A stretch of DNA of 32,000 nucleotides from Pseudodesulfovibrio mercurii (lineage in GTDB: Bacteria > Desulfobacterota > Desulfovibrionia > Desulfovibrionales > Desulfovibrionaceae), in contig NC_016803.1 in assembly GCF_000189295.2 (NCBI RefSeq), positions 570,001 to 602,000 of the forward strand. Direction: 5' to 3'. Shown piece after piece: positions 17,210-28,245 of the stretch (the first letter of the stretch is position 1; every line of letters begins with the position of its first letter). The position numbers and the translations under genes were made by a program. The notes below the pieces were generated by a model. It saw only the letters and a program-made list of their open reading frames with translations, did no database searches and was not told where the DNA came from.

Positions 17210-18091
17210 CTATCCGAGTTCCATGTGTCGATGTTCGATCGAAACCGTATACCCCTTTTCCTTCAGGGTTGCCAGTACCGACTCGGCCACGGAAACCGAC
17301 CGGTGGCGGCCGCCGGTGCAGCCCAGGGCCAGGGTGATCCTGTAGCGCCCTTCCTCGGCGTACAGAGGCAGAAGATAGAGCAGAAAATCGTGGAACCGCC
17401 GGATGAAGCCCTGCCCCGTGGGATTGTCCAGGACGTAGTCGGACACGGCCTTGTCCAGGCCGGACAGGGAGCGCAGGGACTTGTCGAAATATGGATTGGG
17501 CAGGAAGCGGAGGTCGAAGACCAGGTCCGCCTCGGACGGCACGCCGTACTTGAAGCCGAAGGTGATGATGTGCACCCGCATGCCCAGCCCCACGTCCTCC
17601 AGGGCCGACCACTTGGTCTGGATGACCCGGCGCAGGTCGTGGATGGAGTAGTCCGTGGTGTCCAGGACCAGGGCCGCGCCCGAGCGGACAGGCGCCAGGA
17701 GCTTCTTCTCCATCTCCAGGGCCGCTTCCAGGCCGAGGTTGCGGCTCTCCAGCGGATGGGGACGGCGGGTGGTGGCGTAGCGGCGGACCAGTTCGGCCAT
17801 CTTGGCCTCGAGAAAGAGGACCTGCGGGGTGATGCCCAACTCGGCGAACCCCTCCAGGGCCTTTCCCCAGCCGTCCACGAACTCGAACTGGCGCAGGTCC
17901 ATGCCGAGCGCCATGCCGCGGTACTTGGTGTCGAAGGTCAGGATGAGCTCGGCCAGCTTGGGCGACATCTCGGAGGGCAGCCCGTCGATACAGAAAAATC
18001 CCAGGTCCTCGAAGACCTTGAGGGCGGTGCTCTTGCCGGACCCGGAAAGTCCGGTGACGATCACCACGGGAAAGGGATTGGTCGAGGTCAA
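17210..18091 (-). CDS. rapZ: RNase adapter protein RapZ (YhbJ, P-loop)
   Basis: VVIVTGLSGSGKSTALKVFEDLGFFCIDGLP.. and the C-terminal CTGGRHRSV motif are present. The position downstream of ptsN is conserved. Confidence 0.92.
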   Translation of the reverse strand: MTSTNPFPVVIVTGLSGSGKSTALKVFEDLGFFCIDGLPSEMSPKLAELILTFDTKYRGMALGMDLRQFEFVDGWGKALEGFAELGITPQVLFLEAKMAELVRRYATTRRPHPLESRNLGLEAALEMEKKLLAPVRSGAALVLDTTDYSIHDLRRVIQTKWSALEDVGLGMRVHIITFGFKYGVPSEADLVFDLRFLPNPYFDKSLRSLSGLDKAVSDYVLDNPTGQGFIRRFHDFLLYLLPLYAEEGRYRITLALGCTGGRHRSVSVAESVLATLKEKGYTVSIEHRHMELG

Positions 18092-18109
18092 CGGAGTCCG
18101 CCCATGGAG

Positions 18110-18559
18110 TTACACGCTCTTGAGGAGGGCCCAGAGCCCTTCGACGTCCTCGGCCGACAGGAACGCCTTGCGGAATTCCTCGTCCTTGAGGAGACGGGAT
18201 ATCTGGGCCAGGACGCGCAGGTGCATGCCCGCCACCTGCTCCGGGGCCAGGACCAGGAAGAAAATGGTACAGGGCCTGTGGTCGAGAGCCTCGAACTCCA
18301 CGCCCTTGAGGCTGCGGCCCACGACCACGATGACCTTTCCCAGATCCTCAAGCTTGCCGTGGGGGATGGCGATGCCGTCGCCGATACCGGTGGAGCCCAG
18401 CCCCTCGCGGTCGAGAAGGACACGGACCGCATGGTCCGTGTCCATCTCTGGATATTGCTCGCCCAGGGGGGCGACGAGTTCTTGCAGCACGTCCGACTTG
18501 GTCTCGGACTTGAGCTCGGGAAGGATCAGTTCCTTCGCCAGGTAATCACTGAGTTTCAT
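18110..18559 (-). CDS. ptsN: nitrogen-regulatory PTS EIIA (EIIA-Ntr)
   Basis: MKLSDYLAKELILPELKS.. GSTGIGDGIAIPHGK carries the EIIA-Ntr phospho-His context. The rpoN-hpf-ptsN order is conserved. Confidence 0.9.
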   Translation of the reverse strand: MKLSDYLAKELILPELKSETKSDVLQELVAPLGEQYPEMDTDHAVRVLLDREGLGSTGIGDGIAIPHGKLEDLGKVIVVVGRSLKGVEFEALDHRPCTIFFLVLAPEQVAGMHLRVLAQISRLLKDEEFRKAFLSAEDVEGLWALLKSV

Positions 18560-18561
18560 GC

Positions 18562-19104
18562 TTAGTTACCGGGGTCTATGAGGCCGTAATCGCCGTTCTT
18601 TCTCTTGTAGATAACGTTGACGCCATCGGTCTCCGCGTTGAGGAAGACCAGGAATTCCTTGTCGCGGGCATCAAGCTGCATGGCGGCCTCTTCCACGGAC
18701 ATGGGCTTGGGCTCGTATGCATCGCTGCCGACGATGGTGGGCGACGAACCGGAAGCAAGGTCCTCGTAGGACAGGTAGTTCATCTGCACCAATTTATTGG
18801 GACTCGCCTGCCTGGGGCGATTCTTCATCTTTTCACGCATCTTGCGAAGCTGGGCTTCCAGCTTGTCCAGGACCATGTCTATGGTGGAGTACATGTCTTC
18901 CGAGTCTTCATAGGCCGAGATGTGAATGCGATCCGAGTTCAGGATCACGTCCGCCTTGTGGCGGAACTTATCGACCAGCAGGTTGACCTGGAGATCTGCC
19001 TCCGCATCGGAAACGTATTTCGCTACCTTTTCAAAACGCTTTTCCGCATACCCCTTGAGGTGATCGGAAGGCTCGAAGTTCTTGAAAGTGAAGCTGATGT
19101 TCAT
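18562..19104 (-). CDS. hpf: ribosome hibernation promoting factor (long HPF/RaiA family)
   Basis: From ATG 19104, with AGGAGG upstream, the translation is MNISFTFKNFEPSDHLKGYAEKRFEKVAKY.. plus a C-terminal dimerisation extension (PMSVEEAAMQLDARDKEFLVFLN). Confidence 0.9.
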   Translation of the reverse strand: MNISFTFKNFEPSDHLKGYAEKRFEKVAKYVSDAEADLQVNLLVDKFRHKADVILNSDRIHISAYEDSEDMYSTIDMVLDKLEAQLRKMREKMKNRPRQASPNKLVQMNYLSYEDLASGSSPTIVGSDAYEPKPMSVEEAAMQLDARDKEFLVFLNAETDGVNVIYKRKNGDYGLIDPGN

Positions 19105-19138
19105 ACGCTGCCTCCTGGTTGTGAGTGCCAAGCAGGGA

Positions 19139-20548
19139 CTAGAAGTACTGCTTGCGTTTTGAAGACGAAGCAATGCCCATTGCCGAGCGGTATTTGGCGA
19201 CCGTACGCCGGGCGATGTTCACTTCCAGCTTTTCCTGGAGGATCTCGCCGATGCGCTCGTCGCTGAGCGGTTTCTTCGTGTCTTCGTCTGCGATCATTTG
19301 CTTGATGAGCGCCTTGACGCTCTCCGAACCCACCTGGGAACCGTCGTTCAGGTCCAGGGCCGAGTTGAAGAAGAACTTCAGCTCGAAGATGCCGTGAGGG
19401 GTCGAAACATACTTGTTGGTCGTGATTCGGCTCACGGTGGACTCGTGCATCTCGATGTCTTCCGCCACCTCCTTGAGGATCAGGGGTTTGAGTTTCGTCA
19501 CGCCTTCCTCGAAGAAGGCCCTCTGGAAGCCGACAATGCTTTCGACTACTTTATACAGGGTTCGCTGCCGCTGGTACAGACTTTTCATCAACCATGCGGC
19601 GGAACGCATCTTTTCCTGAAAATATTCCTTCTCCTTGTCGGCCGCGCCCTTCATGGAATCCATGTAGAAGGTGTTCATCTGAAGGCGGGGCATGCCGTCC
19701 TCGTTGAGGATGATGACGAAGTCCTCGCCGTACTTGTAGACGAAGACGTCGGGGCTGACATAGTGCGGTTCGGTGCTGGAAAAATTGGCGCCCGGCATGG
19801 GGTCGAGGGTCTGGATCAGGTCCAGGTAGGCCTTGAGGTCCTCCATGGAGATCTTGAACTTGCGGGCCAGGGGCTTGTAGCGGTTCTTCTCCAGGTCCTC
19901 CAGGTGGTCGCGCACCAGGGAGATGAGCGTCGGATCGTCGTAGCCCAGGACCTCCATCTGGACCAGCAGGCACTCCTGCGGGGTGCGGGAGCCGACGCCC
20001 ACGGGGTCGAGATGCTGGATGCGGGTCAGGACGGACTCGACCTCCTCCGGGGTGGCCTGGACCATGGCGGTCAGTTCCTCCATGGAGGCCTGGAGGTAGC
20101 CGTTGGAGTCGAGATTGCCGAGGATGACGTCGCCGATGGCCAGTTCGTGCTCGGTGAAGCTGGACAGGCGCATCTGCCAGTTGAGATGCCCTTCCAGGGA
20201 GGGCTTGGAGGCCAGGCGGGCTTCGAAGGACATGCCCTCCTCCGGCATCTCCAGGTCGCGGGACAGGGCCTGCTTGGAGGTGGAGGAGAATTCGCCGAGG
20301 TAGTTCTCCCAGTCCGCGTTGCGGACCAGTTCCTCCTCGGCCTGGGATTCGGTCAGGACCTCCGCCTTGTCCGGGACCTCGGTCTCGGTCTCGGTCTCGT
20401 CCAGGAAAGGATTCTCCAACAATTCCTGCTGCACCGTCTCCAGCAGTTCAAGCCGCGAAAGTTGCAGCAGCTTGATGGCCTGCTGCAACTGGGGCGTCAT
20501 GACCAGTTGCTGTGAGAGCTTGAGCTGTTGCCGAAGTTCCAATCCCAT
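19139..20548 (-). CDS. rpoN: RNA polymerase sigma-54 factor
   Basis: N-terminal region I is LELRQQLKLSQQLVMTPQLQQAIKLLQLSRLEL. The C-terminal HTH and RpoN box are present (ARRTVAKYR). Confidence 0.95.
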   Translation of the reverse strand: MGLELRQQLKLSQQLVMTPQLQQAIKLLQLSRLELLETVQQELLENPFLDETETETEVPDKAEVLTESQAEEELVRNADWENYLGEFSSTSKQALSRDLEMPEEGMSFEARLASKPSLEGHLNWQMRLSSFTEHELAIGDVILGNLDSNGYLQASMEELTAMVQATPEEVESVLTRIQHLDPVGVGSRTPQECLLVQMEVLGYDDPTLISLVRDHLEDLEKNRYKPLARKFKISMEDLKAYLDLIQTLDPMPGANFSSTEPHYVSPDVFVYKYGEDFVIILNEDGMPRLQMNTFYMDSMKGAADKEKEYFQEKMRSAAWLMKSLYQRQRTLYKVVESIVGFQRAFFEEGVTKLKPLILKEVAEDIEMHESTVSRITTNKYVSTPHGIFELKFFFNSALDLNDGSQVGSESVKALIKQMIADEDTKKPLSDERIGEILQEKLEVNIARRTVAKYRSAMGIASSSKRKQYF

Positions 20549-20784
20549 GATTCATCACCCGCTTGAGGTTGTATTTATCGGCTGCCGGATAACGAAAATT
20601 TTTTTCATTCGGCAGCCATTTTTTTCAGTTCGACTATGTCACAGTGAATTAAAGGATGCAACACAATTGTGATAACATCCTGTTTCTATTGCAAATTCAA
20701 CGGGCATATTTCTGGTATGAAAAAAGTGTACCAACCTTTGCGAACGGTGTAAATCGGGAAAGCGGAAAAAGATGCGGAAAAGGC

Positions 20785-21510
20785 TCAGAGACGGAAATCC
20801 TCGCCCAGATATATCTGCCGGGCGCGGCTGGACTTGACGATCTCGTCCGGCCCTCCCTCCAGGATGACCGTGCCCTCGTAGACCAGGTAGGCGCGGTCGC
20901 AGATATTCAACGTCTCCCTGACGTTGTGGTCGGAAATGAGGATGCCGATCTCCATGGACTTGAGCACGGAGATGATCTCCTGGATGTCGATGACCGCGAT
21001 GGGGTCGATGCCCGCGAAGGGCTCGTCCAGGAGGATGAACTGGGGGGCGAGGATGAGCGCCCTGGCGATCTCGAGCCTGCGCCGCTCGCCGCCGGACAGG
21101 AACATGGCCGCCTGGTCCGCCAGCTTGGTGATGGTGAACATCTCCAGGAGCTCGTCGGCCCGGACGCGCTGCTGCTTCGAGGTCAGGCCGGTCTGCTCCA
21201 GGATGATCTGGAGGTTCTGGCGCACGGTCAGCTTGCGGAAGATGGAGCTCTCCTGGGGCAGGTAGCTGACCCCCATGCGGGCGCGCTCGTGCAGGGGCTT
21301 GTCCGTAAGCGGCCGCCCGTTCAGGGTGACCTCGCCGGTGTTGGGCTGGACGATGCCCACGAGCATGTAGAACGTGGTCGTCTTGCCCGCTCCGTTGGGG
21401 CCGAGCAGGCCGACCACCTCGCGGGCGTTGAGCTCGATGTTGATCCCGTGGACGACCTCTTTCTGGCCGTACCGCTTGGACAAATTGGTGGCACGCAGTC
21501 CTTCCGCCAT
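20785..21510 (-). CDS. lptB: LPS export ABC transporter ATP-binding protein
   Basis: Walker A GPNGAGKTT, signature LSGGERRR and Walker B ILLDEP are present. The start abuts the lptA stop (TAG then ATG). Confidence 0.92.
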   Translation of the reverse strand: MAEGLRATNLSKRYGQKEVVHGINIELNAREVVGLLGPNGAGKTTTFYMLVGIVQPNTGEVTLNGRPLTDKPLHERARMGVSYLPQESSIFRKLTVRQNLQIILEQTGLTSKQQRVRADELLEMFTITKLADQAAMFLSGGERRRLEIARALILAPQFILLDEPFAGIDPIAVIDIQEIISVLKSMEIGILISDHNVRETLNICDRAYLVYEGTVILEGGPDEIVKSSRARQIYLGEDFRL

Positions 21511-22344
21511 CTACTGCACCTTGAGATTGCCGGGGGTCATGAAGATGGCCTTGACGCGCTGCTCGCCGCCGATGACCTCGGACCGGTCGTCCTTGATGTG
21601 GAAGTTGATGACTTCGCCGGTCAGGGAGTTGGGGCCGTCCTGAAGCTTGGGATTCCGCTCCATCTTGAGCAGCTGCGGACCCACCAGGTAGGTCAGCTTG
21701 CCGCAGGTCCCCTCGGTGGTCCCCTTTTTGGCCCGGACGTTGCCCTCGGCCACGATGCGGTCCACGCTGTCGGCGGAGAACTTCTTGTCGGTCCTGGCCG
21801 AGAGGTAGGCCGAGAGCTTGTCGGCCCACAGGGTCAGCTCGCCGTGGGTGGCGACCACGTTGCCCACGAAGGCGATGACCTTGCCGGTCTCGTCGTAGGT
21901 CATGCGGTCGGAGGTGATCCTGACCGGCATGCGGCTCGGGTCCACGCCCACCGGGACGGGGGCGGGCGGCGGGGTTTCGGCCACCTCGGCCTTGACCTCG
22001 CCCTCGCCGGAATCGGCCTTGGGCGCCGGGGCGGGCGCGGCCGGCGTCTCCTCGACCACCTTGAGATACTTGGCGTTGGCGTAGCCCACGGCCTTGGCGA
22101 GGTCGCGGTCCTTTTCACCCAGTTCGAACACGGCCACCCAGCCGTCCTTGGGGAAGTCCGTGCGCACCCGCTGGCCCTTGGCCAGGGTGACCACGTGCTC
22201 CGCTCCCGGGGCGGGCGCCTTGCGCACGTTCAGGTTGACCATGGCCTCGCGCACCTCGCCCCAGTCCTGGGCCTGGGCCCGAACCGGCACCAGCAGCAGG
22301 GCCAGCATCAGCAGCATTCCCGTATGGCGAACCGTTTTTCGCAA
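21511..22344 (-). CDS. lptA: LptA (OstA-like) periplasmic LPS transport protein with an N-terminal SH3b-like domain and a Pro/Ala-rich linker
   Basis: The C-terminal half (PVRITSDRMTYDETGKVIAFVGNVVATHGELTLWADKL..AEGNVRAKKG..) is OstA_N-like. The N-terminal part (VNLNVRKAPAPGAEHVVTLAKGQRV..DGWVAV..) is SH3_3-like. The start is either TTG 22344 or ATG 22317. Confidence 0.85.
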   Translation of the reverse strand: MRKTVRHTGMLLMLALLLVPVRAQAQDWGEVREAMVNLNVRKAPAPGAEHVVTLAKGQRVRTDFPKDGWVAVFELGEKDRDLAKAVGYANAKYLKVVEETPAAPAPAPKADSGEGEVKAEVAETPPPAPVPVGVDPSRMPVRITSDRMTYDETGKVIAFVGNVVATHGELTLWADKLSAYLSARTDKKFSADSVDRIVAEGNVRAKKGTTEGTCGKLTYLVGPQLLKMERNPKLQDGPNSLTGEVINFHIKDDRSEVIGGEQRVKAIFMTPGNLKVQ

Positions 22345-22348
22345 CGTC

Positions 22349-22966
22349 TTATTCCTTGTTTTCGATCAAAGGGCTCTTTCCCAGCCCCTCGGGGGCCAGC
22401 AGGGCTTCCACCCCGCCCGCGGCCACCAGTTGTCTCGTGACCAGGTCGATCTCCATGGCCTTGGCCTGGACGGTCATGTCCGGTCGGCGCACGGTGACGC
22501 CGCCCTTGAGGTACACCTTACCGATTGCGCCCACATAATCAAGGTACTGGGCGTCCAGGGCCAGATTGCCGAACCGGCCGCTGACCCCGTCGTAGAGCGA
22601 CAGGTTGTCGTTCTCCTGATCCACCTCGCCGCGGTCGGCCTGGACGTAGACCTCCTGGCGGTCCGCGCCGAAAAAGGCGGTCAGCTGGGGAAAGTCCACG
22701 GCGATGATGCCGAGTTCCTGGTTGTACTTGGCGCTCTTGGCCAGCAGCTTCCAGGACAGGCTCCCCTGCTTGCCCTGGACCAACTCGATGTCTTCGGCCG
22801 AGACGTCGGCGTCGGCGAACATGTCCTCGCGGGACACGGCCGGTTTGGCGGCGGTGTCCGCGTTCTCCAGGATGGGATCGGAAAAGAAGAGGGAGTTCAC
22901 GGCCAGGCCGAGAAGCAGGCCGAGACCGAAGATGACGAACAGAACCAGAGCGGGGCGCCCTCTCAT
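22349..22966 (-). CDS. lptC: LPS export system protein LptC
   Basis: A single N-terminal TM segment (ALVLFVIFGLGLLLGLAV) is followed by an LptC-like beta-jellyroll region. Its position between kdsC and lptA is conserved. Confidence 0.8.
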   Translation of the reverse strand: MRGRPALVLFVIFGLGLLLGLAVNSLFFSDPILENADTAAKPAVSREDMFADADVSAEDIELVQGKQGSLSWKLLAKSAKYNQELGIIAVDFPQLTAFFGADRQEVYVQADRGEVDQENDNLSLYDGVSGRFGNLALDAQYLDYVGAIGKVYLKGGVTVRRPDMTVQAKAMEIDLVTRQLVAAGGVEALLAPEGLGKSPLIENKE

Positions 22967-25940
<2,974 letters not shown>

Positions 25941-25966
25941 TCAGGAAGCCCCTTCGTTAAGCTTGA

Positions 25967-25972
25967 ATTATA
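25967..25972 (-). promoter_or_regulatory. possible -10 element for pyrG (perfect TATAAT, weak -35)
   Basis: The minus strand reads ..tccTTATAATtcaag.., 30 nt upstream of the pyrG ATG. No convincing -35 hexamer was found. Confidence 0.3.
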
Positions 25973-26110
25973 AGGATATATCATCACCGGCTTCGTCCAC
26001 CGGTCATGTTGACTGTCGTGCGTCGGACACGTATGTTCCTGCCCAGCACGGCGCTGCTTTGCAAATTTTGCAGGGTACTGCGACAAAGTCAATATGAAGA
26101 GGAGATTTTC

Positions 26111-26926
26111 ATGGCCCGCGTCAACGCACTCGTCATCACCGGATACGGCACCAACTGCGAAAAGGAATCCGCCTACGCCCTGCGGGAAGCGGGCGCGGAT
26201 CATGCCGATATCGTTTATTTTTCCGACCTCGCAGCGGGCCATGTCCGCATGGACGACTACAATTACCTGCTCTGCCCCGGCGGATTTCTCGACGGCGACG
26301 ACCTGGGCGCGGCCCAGGCGGCGGCCCTGCGCTGGCGGTGGTCCAACGACGCGGACGGCAAGCCCGTTCTGGATCAGCTGAAGGCCTTTTTCGACAAGGG
26401 CGGCATCATCCTCGGCATCTGCAACGGCTTCCAGCTGCTGTGCAAGCTCGGCCTGCTTCCGGCCGTGGGCGGGCGCTACTTCGAACGCCAGGTGTCCCTG
26501 TCCTACAACGACTCCGGCCGGTTCGAGGACCGCTGGGTGCGGCTCAAGACCAACCCGGCCTCGCCCTGCGTGTTCACCAAGGGCATCGACTACCTCGACG
26601 TGCCCATCCGCCACGGCGAGGGCAAGATCATCCCCATGGATGAAAACATCTTCCGGGCCCTGCAGGACGACAATCTCATCGCGGTGCAGTACGTCCACCC
26701 CGAGACCCGCGAAGTGACCCTGGAGTACCCCTACAATCCCAACGGATCGCCGCTCGGCATCGCCGGGCTGACCGACCCCACCGGGCGCATCCTGGGCCTC
26801 ATGCCCCACCCCGAGGCGTACAATCACAAGACCAACCATCCGTCCTGGACCCGGGGCACCGACCCGGACATCCCGCTCGGCCTGACCATGCTCGAAGCCG
26901 GGGTGCGCTACCTGAAGGACAGGTAG
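26111..26926 (+). CDS. purQ: phosphoribosylformylglycinamidine synthase glutamine amidotransferase subunit (PurQ-like)
   Basis: GAAGAGGAG precedes ATG 26111. The translation contains VITGYGTNCEKE.., GICNGFQLL (nucleophile Cys), NPNGSPLGIAGL and GLMPHPE (His/Glu). Confidence 0.8.
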   Translation: MARVNALVITGYGTNCEKESAYALREAGADHADIVYFSDLAAGHVRMDDYNYLLCPGGFLDGDDLGAAQAAALRWRWSNDADGKPVLDQLKAFFDKGGIILGICNGFQLLCKLGLLPAVGGRYFERQVSLSYNDSGRFEDRWVRLKTNPASPCVFTKGIDYLDVPIRHGEGKIIPMDENIFRALQDDNLIAVQYVHPETREVTLEYPYNPNGSPLGIAGLTDPTGRILGLMPHPEAYNHKTNHPSWTRGTDPDIPLGLTMLEAGVRYLKDR

Positions 26927-26929
26927 CCC

Positions 26930-27418
26930 TTGGCCCTGCCCGTCGCGCCCCCGCCGCCCGCAGGAACCACCTGGCGCGATCTCATGGACGTGGCCTTCGG
27001 CGAGGCGTGCAAGGCGGCCCAGGCGGGCGAGGCCCCCGTGGGCGCGGCCCTGTTCACGCCCACCGGCACCCTGCTCGCCTCGGCCCACAACCGGCCCATC
27101 GCCGCCCACGACCCCACGGGCCACGCGGAGATTCTCTGCCTGCGCGAGGCGGCCCGCGTGCTGCGCAACTACCGGCTGCCGGACACGATCCTGGCCGTGA
27201 CCCTGGAGCCCTGCCTGATGTGCACGGGCGCGCTGATCCACGCCCGGGTGGCCGGGGTGGTCTTCGCGGCCCGCGACGAGCGCGCCGGGGCCCTGGTCTC
27301 CAACATGCAGGGGTGCGCCCTGCCCTTCACCAACCACCGGCTGTGGACCGTGGAGGGTGTCATGGGCAACGAATGCTCGGCCCTGCTCAAGCGGTTCTTC
27401 CTGGAGCGGAGAAAATAG
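26930..27418 (+). CDS. tadA: tRNA adenosine(34) deaminase
   Basis: HAEILCLREAA .. LEPCLMCTGALIHARV are the zinc-binding HAE and PCxxC motifs. The start is TTG 26930 or ATG 26984. Confidence 0.9.
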   Translation: MALPVAPPPPAGTTWRDLMDVAFGEACKAAQAGEAPVGAALFTPTGTLLASAHNRPIAAHDPTGHAEILCLREAARVLRNYRLPDTILAVTLEPCLMCTGALIHARVAGVVFAARDERAGALVSNMQGCALPFTNHRLWTVEGVMGNECSALLKRFFLERRK

Positions 27419-27428
27419 GCCGCCCCCC

Positions 27429-27456
27429 TTTACAACGGAGCGCCGCGCCTTATTAT
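27429..27456 (+). promoter_or_regulatory. sigma-70 promoter candidate (TTTACA, 16-nt spacer, TATTAT)
   Basis: Both hexamers match consensus at 5 of 6 positions. The element lies about 38 nt upstream of ATG 27494, immediately after the tadA stop. Confidence 0.5.
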
Positions 27457-27493
27457 CCCCCATTCAGACCATTCATTTATTCAGGAGAGACAC

Positions 27494-27880
27494 ATGATCA
27501 TCGCACTGCCCACCCGCGAAGGACTCATCGACGACCATTTCGGCCATTGCGACCACTACACCCTGGTCACGGTCGAGGATAACCGGATCACCTTCAGCGA
27601 ACGCATGGATTCCCCCCAGGGCTGCGGCTGCAAGTCCGACATCGCCCCGATCCTGGCCGAGCGCGGCGTCAAGGTCATGCTCGCCGGCAACATGGGCGAG
27701 GGCGCGCTGAACATCCTGCGCAACGCGGGCATCGACGTGGTCCGGGGCTGTTCCGGCCCCATCGAGAAGGTCCTGGAAAAATGGCTGTCCGGCGAGCTCA
27801 AGGACAACCAGATCACCTGCGACCACCACGACTGCGACCACCACGACGGCCCCGCCCTGAGCAAGCTCAAACCGCTCTAG
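27494..27880 (+). CDS. NifB/NifX-family (dinitrogenase FeMo-cofactor biosynthesis domain) protein with a Cys/His-rich tail
   Basis: MIIALPTREGLIDDHFGHCDHYTLV.. VMLAGNMGEGALNILRNAGIDV is typical of the small NifX/NifB-like domain family. The C-terminus carries CDHHDCDHHD. Confidence 0.8.
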   Translation: MIIALPTREGLIDDHFGHCDHYTLVTVEDNRITFSERMDSPQGCGCKSDIAPILAERGVKVMLAGNMGEGALNILRNAGIDVVRGCSGPIEKVLEKWLSGELKDNQITCDHHDCDHHDGPALSKLKPL

Positions 27881-27906
27881 GCCCCCGCCGCACCGAATAT
27901 CCCCGA

Positions 27907-27940
27907 AGCCCCCGAGCCCACCCGCCGGGGGCTTTCTTTC
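27907..27940 (+). terminator. rho-independent terminator
   Basis: AGCCCCCG-(11-nt loop)-CGGGGGCT followed by TTCTTTC. Confidence 0.55.
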
Positions 27941-28051
27941 GCCTACCCCTCCTCTTTACGCACACCCCGTCCGCGCCAATCAAGTCACGGCCCTTCCGCG
28001 CCCCAACGCCAGGCCTGCCCCTGGCCACCGGCGAACAAAGCCAAAAGGTGC

Positions 28052-28080
28052 TTGCCACTTGCGCCGAGTCTGTTTATATA
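28052..28080 (+). promoter_or_regulatory. sigma-70 promoter candidate for tRNA-Ser (TTGCCA, 17-nt spacer, TATATA)
   Basis: Good hexamers with optimal spacing and a GC-rich discriminator. The -10 element ends 30 nt before the mature tRNA 5' end. Confidence 0.55.
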
Positions 28081-28110
28081 GCCCTTCCACGCCGACACAC
28101 GGCGCATCCA

Positions 28111-28206
28111 GGAGAGGTAGCGAAGTCCGGCCGTAACGCGCTCGACTCGAAATCGAGTTACGAGTTAATAGCTCGTACGTGGGTTCGAATCCCACCCTCT
28201 CCGCCA
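28111..28206 (+). tRNA. tRNA-Ser (anticodon CGA), type II with a long variable arm and encoded CCA
   Basis: Manual cloverleaf. The acceptor stem is GGAGAGG/CCTCTCC. The anticodon stem is CTCGA/TCGAG with loop CU-CGA-AA. The variable arm is ACGAG-ttaatag-CTCGT. The T arm is GTGGG-TTCGAAT-CCCAC. The discriminator is G, followed by CCA. Confidence 0.9.
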
Positions 28207-28216
28207 CGAATGAGAT

Positions 28217-28245
28217 AAGGTCTTGCGAAAGCGAGACCTTTTTTC
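28217..28245 (+). terminator. rho-independent terminator after tRNA-Ser
   Basis: AAGGTCTTGC-GAAA-GCGAGACCTT, with one G-U pair and a GNRA loop, followed by TTTT. Confidence 0.75.

Noticed and set aside
20580-20626. Hairpin plus T7 tract read as a plus-strand rho-independent terminator
   Set aside because: No plus-strand gene ends nearby. The structure more plausibly belongs to the minus-strand rpoN leader and is reported as such, although its function is unresolved.
28111-28206. Whether the unusually long (96-nt) tRNA could be tRNA-Sec, given the nearby selenoprotein candidate
   Set aside because: The anticodon loop reads CU-CGA-AA, so the anticodon is CGA (Ser), not UCA. The 7-bp acceptor stem and the long variable arm fit an ordinary type II tRNA-Ser.
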